A stretch of DNA of 20,238 bases from Myxococcales bacterium (GTDB lineage Bacteria > Myxococcota > Myxococcia > Myxococcales > Anaeromyxobacteraceae): assembly GCA_038320275.1 (NCBI GenBank), contig JBBQEB010000060.1, positions 1-20,238 of the forward strand. Direction: 5' to 3'. Shown here in pieces: positions 1 to 6,772 of the stretch. How positions within the stretch are numbered: the stretch's first letter is position 1; every line of letters starts with the position of its first letter. A model generated the notes under the pieces. It saw only the letters and a list, made by a program, of their open reading frames with translations, did not search any database and was not told the origin of the DNA. The position numbers were made by a program, and so were the translations under genes.

Positions 1-749
1 GGCCGGTAGTTCGCCGCGTGGAAGGCAGCCAGGTCGTTGGCCCTGATGGAGCGGACCGTGGCGGGAGTCCCCCCTGCCGGCTGTCCCCACGGATTCGCCT
101 CTCCGAACAGGAGCCGCACCGCCTCGTCGTGAGCGAGGGCAGCGGGCCTTCCTCGCTTCAACGCGAGCCCGGTGAGGTGCACGCCCTTCACGCGCGAGAC
201 GTCCTCCTCGCGGAATGCCGGCGCGGTCACCACGTCGGCGAGGAGGTCGAGCCCGGGCTCGAGCGCCTCCGCCAGGCACGAGAGGTGAACCGTGGTCGCC
301 TCCAACGCCGCCGATGCTCCGAGCTGCGCCGCGAGGTCCTCGATGGCGATGGCGAGCTCCGTCGCGCTCCGGCGCCGGGTGCCCTCCACCAGGGCGGAGG
401 CGGTGAGCTCCGCCAGCCCTGCCTGGCCAGGGCGCTCGCGATCGACGCCGGCGGGGACCATGAGCTCGACCGTCACGAGCGGCAGCGCGTGGTTCTCCAC
501 GGCGAGCACGCGCAGGCCGTTCGACAGGTGGCGCTGGACCGGCACGGGCGCGTCGAAACGCAGCGGGCGGTCGAGCGGAGGTGGCTGCGCCGCGCGGAAT
601 CCGTCGTCCCGCCCGGCGTCCTGGGAGGGCGCGGAGCCTGCTGTACCGCCCTGGGCGGCCGGGGCGGGCGCCGCGGGTGGGCCGGCGCGGTGGACGCAGG
701 ACAGCGCCGCCGCCAGGAGGAGCGCGGAGACCGGAGCAGGGCGGCTCAT
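1..749 (-). CDS. M16B (pitrilysin/insulinase-family) peptidase subunit lacking HxxEH, possible lipoprotein; 3' end lies beyond the window edge
   Basis: Not in the ORF track (no stop in window); translated by hand from the ATG at 749: MSRPAPVSALLLAAALSCVHRAG...RHLSNGLRVLAVENHALPLVTVELMVPAG...GLAELTASALVEGT. LSNGLRV is the typical M16 N-terminal strand. The start overlaps the upstream gene's stop (ATGA, 746-749). Confidence 0.85.
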   Translation of the reverse strand, partial: MSRPAPVSALLLAAALSCVHRAGPPAAPAPAAQGGTAGSAPSQDAGRDDGFRAAQPPPLDRPLRFDAPVPVQRHLSNGLRVLAVENHALPLVTVELMVPAGVDRERPGQAGLAELTASALVEGTRRRSATELAIAIEDLAAQLGASAALEATTVHLSCLAEALEPGLDLLADVVTAPAFREEDVSRVKGVHLTGLALKRGRPAALAHDEAVRLLFGEANPWGQPAGGTPATVRSIRANDLAAFHAANYR

Positions 750-2122
750 CGTCCACCTCCCGCCGCCGCGGACCTGGGCGCCGGCGCGATCTCGAGCACC
801 AGGCGCCGGTCGGGCGGCAGATACTTCCGGGCGAAGTCGCGGACGCTCTCGGGTGTCACGGCGCGGTAGCGCGCGATGTCCCGGGGCAGGTATCCCGCGT
901 CGCCGGTGAAGGTCTGGTAGCGCGCGAGCTGGTCGGCTTTCCCCCCGAAGCCGCCGATGTTCTCGAGGCCGCGGTAGAGCCCCGCGAGGAGCTGTCGCTT
1001 GGCGCGCTCGACCTCCGCAGCCGTGGGCCCTTCTTTTCGCAGCCGCTCCACCTCGGCGTCGATCGCGGCGAGCAGCTCTTCGGGCGCGTGGCCCGCTCGC
1101 GCCACCGCGAAGACCTCGAACCACCCTCCCAGCCCCAGCGCCTCGTTGTCGGCCAACACCTTGCTCGCGAGCCGCTTCTCGAAGACGAGAGAGCGGTAGA
1201 GGCGCGAGGTCTTGCCGCCGGCGAGCACGAGCTGCAGCACGTCGCCTGCGGGCTCGTCGGGGGAGAAGGGCGCGATGCCATTCCAGGCCACGCGCACCGC
1301 GGGCACGGTGGCGGCGGCGTCGACCACGCGCTCGCGCACCTCGCGCTCGAGGCGCGGCTGCGGCAGAGCCGGACGCCGCGCGCCGGGCCCGCGCGGCAGT
1401 GGGCCAAAGTAGCGCTCCACGAGCCGCTTCGCCTCGGCGGGGTCGAAGTCGCCCACGATCGCGAGGGTCGCGTTGTCGGGCGTGTACCAGGTGCGGAAGA
1501 AGTCGCGCAGATCCTCCATGGAGGCACCCTGCACCTCCGCGATGGTGCCGATCACGCAATCGAAGTATGGGTGCGGCGCGGGGTAGAGGAGGTCGCAGGT
1601 GCGCAGGAACGACGTGCCGTAGGGGCGGTTCTCGTAGTTCTGGCGCCGCTCGTTCGAGACCACGTCGCGCTGCACGGCGAGCTTCTTCGCGTCGAGGGTG
1701 TCGAGGAGGAACCCCATCCGGTCCGATTCCAGCCAGAGGGCGACCGGCAGCTCCGAGGCTGCCACCGTCTCGAAGTAGTTGGTGCGGTCGAAATCGGTCG
1801 TGCCGTTCGCCATCGCGCCGGCGCTCGTCCCGATGCCCTCCAGGATCTTGAAGGGGGCCGGGCCGATGTGCTTCGCCCCGGAGAACATCATGTGCTCGAA
1901 GAGGTGCGCGAAGCCGCTCTTGCCCGGCGTCTGGTTGGCGGCACCGACGTGGTACCAGACGTCCACCGCGACCTGGGGCAGGCGGTGATCCTCGGACAGG
2001 ATCACGGTGAGCCCGTTGGACAGCGTGTAGCGCTCGAACGGGAGGGTCGGGTCGGCCGCGGCCGGGAGGGCCGGCGGACCGAGGACGGCGAGGAGGGCAG
2101 CGAGGCCGATGGCGCGGCGCAT
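746..2122 (-). CDS. M16B zinc metallopeptidase, catalytic subunit with signal peptide (458 aa)
   Basis: Contains YTLSNGLTVIL, the inverted zinc motif GFAHLFEHMMF, NGTTDFDRTNY, ESDRM and VVSNERRQ. Start placed at MRRAIGLAALLAVLG...AAA (ATG 2122), which follows AAGGAGTGAGGG and reads as a Sec signal peptide. Confidence 0.93.
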   Translation of the reverse strand: MRRAIGLAALLAVLGPPALPAAADPTLPFERYTLSNGLTVILSEDHRLPQVAVDVWYHVGAANQTPGKSGFAHLFEHMMFSGAKHIGPAPFKILEGIGTSAGAMANGTTDFDRTNYFETVAASELPVALWLESDRMGFLLDTLDAKKLAVQRDVVSNERRQNYENRPYGTSFLRTCDLLYPAPHPYFDCVIGTIAEVQGASMEDLRDFFRTWYTPDNATLAIVGDFDPAEAKRLVERYFGPLPRGPGARRPALPQPRLEREVRERVVDAAATVPAVRVAWNGIAPFSPDEPAGDVLQLVLAGGKTSRLYRSLVFEKRLASKVLADNEALGLGGWFEVFAVARAGHAPEELLAAIDAEVERLRKEGPTAAEVERAKRQLLAGLYRGLENIGGFGGKADQLARYQTFTGDAGYLPRDIARYRAVTPESVRDFARKYLPPDRRLVLEIAPAPRSAAAGGGR

Positions 2123-2130
2123 GTCGTCCC

Positions 2131-2910
2131 TCACTCCTTGCGGTGGACCGCGAAGGGCCCGAATGCCTGGTTCACCGGCATGAGCTCCATCGTGTTCACG
2201 TTCACGTTCGGCGGGCGCGAGACGCACCAGGTCACCGCGTCCGCCACGTCGTCCGCCGAGAGCGGCTGGATGCCCCGGTACACCGCCTTGGCCTTCTCCG
2301 CGTCCCCGCCGAAGCGGACGAGCGAGAACTCGGTCTCCGACATGCCCGGCTCGATGGACGTCACGCGCACGTTCGAGCCCAGCACGTCCGAGCGGAGCGC
2401 GAGGGAGAACTGGCGCACGAAGGCCTTGGTGGCGCCGTAGACGTTGCCGCCCGGATACGGATAGGAGCCCGCCACCGAGCCGATGTTCACCACGTGCCCG
2501 CGGCCGCGCGCCACCATCCCGGGGAGGAGCGCGCGCGTGCAGGTGACGAGCCCCTTGCAGTTGGTGTCGATCATGGTGTCCCAGTCGTCGAGCGAGGCGC
2601 GCGGGGCGGGCTCGAGCCCCAGCGCCAGCCCCGCGTTGTTGACGAGGATGGTCACCGCCGCGAAGGCCCCCGGCAAGGAGGTGACCGCCGCCTCCACCGC
2701 GGCCCGATCGCGGACGTCCAGCACGAGCGCCATCGAGGCGCCGCCCAGCTCGGTCACCAGCGCGTCCAGCCGGTCGCGGCGTCGGCCCGAGGCGATGACG
2801 CTGGCGCCCTCCCTGGCGAGGCGGCGCGCGATGGCGCGGCCGAAGCCCGAGGTGGCGCCGGTGACGAGGGCGACGTGATCCGCGAGGGGGAGACTGGGCG
2901 CGTGGGGCAT
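2131..2910 (-). CDS. NADP-dependent short-chain dehydrogenase/reductase, YdfG-like (259 aa)
   Basis: TGATSGFG Rossmann motif, basic GRRRDRL (NADP preference), LVNNAGLALG, and YPGGNVYGATKAF (YxxxK). Start at ATG 2910 (MPHAPS). Confidence 0.92.
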   Translation of the reverse strand: MPHAPSLPLADHVALVTGATSGFGRAIARRLAREGASVIASGRRRDRLDALVTELGGASMALVLDVRDRAAVEAAVTSLPGAFAAVTILVNNAGLALGLEPAPRASLDDWDTMIDTNCKGLVTCTRALLPGMVARGRGHVVNIGSVAGSYPYPGGNVYGATKAFVRQFSLALRSDVLGSNVRVTSIEPGMSETEFSLVRFGGDAEKAKAVYRGIQPLSADDVADAVTWCVSRPPNVNVNTMELMPVNQAFGPFAVHRKE

Positions 2911-2917
2911 GCGGGCG

Positions 2918-2923
2918 AAGCTA
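2918..2923 (-). promoter_or_regulatory. Putative -10 element (TAGCTT) 7 nt upstream of the SDR ATG; possible leaderless promoter
   Basis: Minus strand reads TAGCTT-cgcccgc-ATG. No Shine-Dalgarno and no recognisable -35. Confidence 0.45.
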
Positions 2924-2979
2924 AGGGAACGCACCGCCACGCGCCACCGGTGAACCGGCAGGCGGGCCGCCGGTGCCGT

Positions 2980-4548
2980 TCACGACCCGGCGAGAGGCGG
3001 GTCGAGAGGCACGGCGATCGGCAGGGCGATGGCGAAGGACGCCCCGCCTCCGGGCCGGGCACCTGCCGCGATCTCTCCCCCGTGCTGGAGGACGATCTTC
3101 TTCACGATGGCGAGCCCGAGCCCGGTCCCCTCCTGGCGGGTGGTGAAATACGGGTCGAAGATCCGATCCCGCAGGTCCGGTGGGATGCCAGGCCCCTCGT
3201 CCGCCACCGTCAGGACCGCCCGCTCCCGCGCCCTGGCGACGCCGAGGTAAACCCGCGCTCGCCCGGGCCGCGCCGCCTCGATGGCGTTGCGCACGAGGTT
3301 CGAGAGCGCGCGGCGCATGAGCGCCCGGTCGATGGCCACCGGGCAGGGACCGCTGCCCTGCTGCACCTCCACGTCAGCGCCCTCCGTGAGCTGCGGGCTC
3401 GTCCGCAGGAATTCCTCGACGTACTCGCCCAGCTCCGCCGGCTCGGGGCGGACTTCGGGGAGCTTCGCGAAGGACGAGAACTCCTCTACCAGCCGCTGCA
3501 GGGTGCCGATCTCCTCGCGCACGATCTCGCCCGCATCCGAGAGGAGCCGCTCGAAGCCGGGGTCCCTGCCTCCGGGCCCGAGGCCGCCGTAGCGGGCCTC
3601 GAGCTGCTGGAAGGCGAGCTGGATGGGCGTGAGAGGGTTCTTGATCTCGTGCGCGAGCCGCCGCGCCACCTCCTGCCACCCGGAGATCTTCTCCAGATAG
3701 ACGATCCGGTCGCGGCCCTCGCGCACCTCCCGCACCATGCTGTTGAAGGCTCGCGTCAGGCCGGCGATCTCGTCGCGGGCGCGGCCGGCCTCGACCTGCA
3801 CCGTCAGGTCTCCCTTGGCGAGCTGGCCCACCGCCCGGACGAGCTCGGAGACGCGGCGGGTGGTGCGGCGCGCCAGGATGCCCCCCGCGAGGCCCGCCCC
3901 CAGCGCCCAGGCCACGAGCAGGGCTGCGAACGCGCGCAGGTAGCTGCGCTGGATGTCGGAGCGGAGCGCCTCGGCGCTCTGGTAGACCTCGCCCAGCTCC
4001 CGCGCCTCCGAGAGCTCGACGAAGAAGCGCGCCTCGACCGCGAAGGTGCACTCCAGCACCGCCCCCGCGGGGAGGTGGCGAGAGGCGGCCTCGGGGATCT
4101 CCACGCGGGCGGGCGCAGGTCGCCACTCGCCCTCCGGGTTGGGCTGGGAGGCTTCCGCCTCCGCCAGGACGGCCCCGCCTTCGTCGAGGACCGCCGCGCG
4201 CCGGAGTCGCGGCGTCCGCTCCACCGCGCTGGCCAGGAACTCCGTCAGCCGGGCACGGTCGGAGGGGAGCCCGCGCAGGATGCCGCGCGCCTGCTCGACG
4301 TAGAGCCCCTTGCGGGCTTGAAACAGGTCCCGGTAGAGCCCCGGGGTGGACTCGAGCTGCTCGACCACGCGCGGGTTGAGGGCGACCTCCAGGTTCTCGC
4401 GGGTGAGGGTGCGCGCGAGCCACATCGACGCGAGCAGCGGGACCACCGCCGCGAGCACGAGCGCGCCCGCGATCTCCAGCTCGAAGCGCGAGGGGCGCAG
4501 GCGAGGCCGGCCGGTGGAACGGCGGGGGGCAGGGGGAGGTGCGCTCAC
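2980..4548 (-). CDS. Membrane sensor histidine kinase, NtrY-like (TM-periplasmic-TM-HAMP-HisKA-HATPase, 522 aa)
   Basis: Two hydrophobic segments (IAGALVLAAVVPLLASMWLA; AFAALLVAWALGAGLAGGILA), HAMP (DEIAGLTRAFNSM), H-box WQEVARRLAHEIKNPLTPIQL, N-box NLVRNAIEA, G1 DEGPGI, F-box IFDPYFTT, G2 GTGLGL. The GTG at 4548 overlaps the upstream stop (GTGA). The 887-aa ORF-track version is over-extended. Confidence 0.93.
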   Translation of the reverse strand: MSAPPPAPRRSTGRPRLRPSRFELEIAGALVLAAVVPLLASMWLARTLTRENLEVALNPRVVEQLESTPGLYRDLFQARKGLYVEQARGILRGLPSDRARLTEFLASAVERTPRLRRAAVLDEGGAVLAEAEASQPNPEGEWRPAPARVEIPEAASRHLPAGAVLECTFAVEARFFVELSEARELGEVYQSAEALRSDIQRSYLRAFAALLVAWALGAGLAGGILARRTTRRVSELVRAVGQLAKGDLTVQVEAGRARDEIAGLTRAFNSMVREVREGRDRIVYLEKISGWQEVARRLAHEIKNPLTPIQLAFQQLEARYGGLGPGGRDPGFERLLSDAGEIVREEIGTLQRLVEEFSSFAKLPEVRPEPAELGEYVEEFLRTSPQLTEGADVEVQQGSGPCPVAIDRALMRRALSNLVRNAIEAARPGRARVYLGVARARERAVLTVADEGPGIPPDLRDRIFDPYFTTRQEGTGLGLAIVKKIVLQHGGEIAAGARPGGGASFAIALPIAVPLDPPLAGS

Positions 4549-5195
4549 CGGGGCGCGACCGCCGCCGAGCTGAACGGACCCGAGCGGAAGACGTGGACCT
4601 CGCCGGCGGGATCGGAGCCGCGCAGGAGGTAGCTCGCCATGGCCCCCAGCACGCTGCGCGAGGGTCCGCCCCCCCGTCCCGCGGTGGCGGGATGGGCCAG
4701 GAGCTCCCGGGTGCGATCGAGCAGCTCCCGCGAGACGGGGTTCAGCTCGACGCGCGTCTGCACGACCCAGCCTCCCTCGCGCAGACTCTCCACCGGCCCC
4801 AGATCGACGCCGCGAGGGCGGGTCAGGAACGCGTGCAGCGCTGGGAAGGAGTCGAAGACGAGGCGTCGGCCGGAGGGCGAGGAGGCGTCCTTCACCGTGA
4901 CGCCATAGGTCTCCTCCCAGACGTCGTAGAGAACGTCGAGCTCGCGGGCGTACAGCGCCGTAACCTCCCCGTCCCGCTCCGAGATGAGCCCCACCTGGAC
5001 GGTGATGACGTTCATGAGGCCGTTCGACACCTGCTTCTGGAGATCCGCGGGGAAGGCGTCGAGCAGATCCACCGACACCATCAGGCGCCCGCCGCTCGAC
5101 TCGATCGTGCACGGCAGCGTGCGCGGAGGCTCGAGCGCCGCTGCAGGGAGGAGGAAGAGGAGGCCCAGGGCGGCCAGCCGCGCGCGGGCTCTCAC
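4545..5195 (-). CDS. Exported hypothetical protein, DUF4390-like (216 aa)
   Basis: GTG 5195 overlaps the upstream stop (GTGA). N-terminus MRARARLAALGLLFLLPAAA looks like a signal peptide. The body is beta-rich with VLYDVWEETYGVTV. DUF4390 call rests on recalled resemblance and on position directly upstream of an NtrY-like kinase. Confidence 0.7.
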   Translation of the reverse strand: MRARARLAALGLLFLLPAAALEPPRTLPCTIESSGGRLMVSVDLLDAFPADLQKQVSNGLMNVITVQVGLISERDGEVTALYARELDVLYDVWEETYGVTVKDASSPSGRRLVFDSFPALHAFLTRPRGVDLGPVESLREGGWVVQTRVELNPVSRELLDRTRELLAHPATAGRGGGPSRSVLGAMASYLLRGSDPAGEVHVFRSGPFSSAAVAPR

Positions 5196-6601
5196 AGGAT
5201 GTTGTCGAGCGCGTATCCCATGGAAACGTTGAAGCTGCCCACGGGGGTGTCGAGGCGGACCGCGACGTCGGCCGAGAAGGGGATGCGGGAGGCGCGGGTT
5301 CGCCCCGCGTTGGGCCGGGCCGCGCTGTACAGCCATCGGCCACCCAGGGCGAGGTATCCCCGGTGAAAGAAGCCCGTGCCGGTCCAGAGGGGCACTCCGT
5401 ACTCGGCCCCCAGCATCCCGAGGTAGGCGTCATAGCGGGCGTCGGTGGAAAAATTGAGCTCGAGCGCCCTGCCCACCGCGTTGCCCAACGAAAAGTAGGC
5501 GAAGTCGGCCGCGTAGAATCGATCGAAGAAGGGCGCGTCGCCCTGGGCTGCCCCGGCCGCGACCAGCAGCCGGAGCGCGTGGCCGCGGGGCATGGCGTGG
5601 TCGCTCTCCAGCTGGAGGAGGTAGCGGCTGTACTCGTAGTCACCGCCGAGCGCGAGGGACCCCAGCACGATGTTCAGCGCGAGCCGCGTCCCCGAGGTGG
5701 GAAAGAAGGGGTCGTCGCGCGTGTCGCGCTCGTACATCCCGGTGAGCGCCGAGACGAGCGAGCGCCCAGGGCGCACGTTCGGTCCCGGCCCGCCCGGATC
5801 GCGGGCCGCGCCCGCCACGCGCTCCGAGGTGACGCGCTCCACCCGGTAGCCCGCCAGCAGCCGCTCGAAGGGGCCCGGGCGAATGCCGAAGGTCACCTCC
5901 CCGCCCACCCGCTCGTACCGGAGCCGGGGCGCAGAGCCGTACCGGCCGGCGTAGGCGCTGCAGGCAGCATCGCCACAGGTGAGCTCCTCGCCGTGCAGCG
6001 CGAGGCCGGACACCCCGAAGACGAGCGGCAGGCCGGCGGCGGTGAACGCGGGGTCGAAGAACGCGGCGCGGAGCGCGAAGCGCGCCGGGGCGAGGGGCTG
6101 GTCGCGCGGAGATCCGCCGTACACGAAGGCGCCGGAGAGCCCCAGGCCCATGCCCAGGAAGTTGCCCTGGGCGAGCCCCAGTCCGCCGTAGATGGGCTGC
6201 GGAGCCGTCGACCCGATGATGAGGTCGGAGACGATGAGGGTGTTGCGCTCGGTGAACGAGAAGACGAGCACCACCCTGCCGCGCTCGCTGCCGCGCTCCA
6301 CCCGGGTCTCGACGCGCGAGAACCAGCCGAGCTGGAGGAGGCGGAGCCTGGCGAGCAGCACGGCCCCATCGTCGAGCAATTCGCCTTCCTCGACGCCGAG
6401 ATGCCGCCGCACCTCGGACGGCCGGGTCTTGTCCAGGCCATCGAGCCGGATCTTCTCCACCACGTAATGCCGGGAGGAGGGCGCGCGCGGTGGGGGGCTG
6501 GGATGCCCGTCCCCGGTGGGGGCCCCCTGGCCGAGGGCCAGCGAGGGGCGCGCCACGGAGGCGAGGAGCGCGAGCGCGAGCGCGGCTGGGCGGATGGGCA
6601 T
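5192..6601 (-). CDS. BamA/TamA (Omp85) family outer-membrane protein with a single POTRA domain (469 aa)
   Basis: Signal peptide MPIRPAALALALLASVARPSLA; one POTRA (VVEKIRLDGLDKTRPSEVRR...LLQLGWFSRV...FTERNT); Omp85 barrel hallmarks QGNFLGMG, YERDTRDDPFFPTSG, YSRYLLQ and RLDTPVGSFNVSMGY. Confidence 0.85.
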   Translation of the reverse strand: MPIRPAALALALLASVARPSLALGQGAPTGDGHPSPPPRAPSSRHYVVEKIRLDGLDKTRPSEVRRHLGVEEGELLDDGAVLLARLRLLQLGWFSRVETRVERGSERGRVVLVFSFTERNTLIVSDLIIGSTAPQPIYGGLGLAQGNFLGMGLGLSGAFVYGGSPRDQPLAPARFALRAAFFDPAFTAAGLPLVFGVSGLALHGEELTCGDAACSAYAGRYGSAPRLRYERVGGEVTFGIRPGPFERLLAGYRVERVTSERVAGAARDPGGPGPNVRPGRSLVSALTGMYERDTRDDPFFPTSGTRLALNIVLGSLALGGDYEYSRYLLQLESDHAMPRGHALRLLVAAGAAQGDAPFFDRFYAADFAYFSLGNAVGRALELNFSTDARYDAYLGMLGAEYGVPLWTGTGFFHRGYLALGGRWLYSAARPNAGRTRASRIPFSADVAVRLDTPVGSFNVSMGYALDNIL

Positions 6602-6609
6602 CGGCACGC

Positions 6610-6615
6610 ATCTTA
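6610..6615 (-). promoter_or_regulatory. Putative -10 element (TAAGAT) 8 nt upstream of the Omp85 ATG; possible leaderless promoter
   Basis: Minus strand reads TAAGAT-gcgtgccg-ATG. AT-rich hexamer in very GC-rich surroundings; no Shine-Dalgarno. Confidence 0.5.
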
Positions 6616-6733
6616 ACCGGGCGAGCGGACCCCCCTCACCGACCTGCACGGAAAGCGAGAACGCGGCGCGTCGTACGACTAGATCGGTCCGCCGTGGGGG
6701 CACCGTCGCCCTCGTCGAACGACCGGAAAGCCC

Positions 6734-6762
6734 TTGACGCTCCGCGGGGCGGCTGCTTCAAG
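6734..6762 (+). promoter_or_regulatory. Possible promoter for the DUF4912-GH57 genes
   Basis: Near-consensus -35 TTGACG (6734-6739), 17-nt spacer, then only a poor -10 (TTCAAG). An SD-like GGGGGAGAG precedes ATG 6773. Confidence 0.3.
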
Positions 6763-6772
6763 GGGGAGAGCC

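Noticed and set aside
2931..2947. Sigma54-like TGGCGCG...TGC upstream of the SDR (minus strand)
   Set aside because: GG-to-GC spacing is 11 nt rather than the strictly required 10.
2954..2974. Hairpin after the kinase stop as an intrinsic terminator
   Set aside because: An 8-bp GC stem is possible but there is no U-tract, and such stems are common at this GC content.
18..4632. Long plus-strand ORFs (18..869, 581..2440, 2143..4632)
   Set aside because: Antisense shadows of the M16, SDR and kinase genes, with no motifs.
4549..5643. N-terminal 365 aa of the 887-aa kinase ORF
   Set aside because: Overlaps the DUF4390-like and Omp85 genes in other frames and is low-complexity. The GTGA-coupled start at 4548 explains the kinase.
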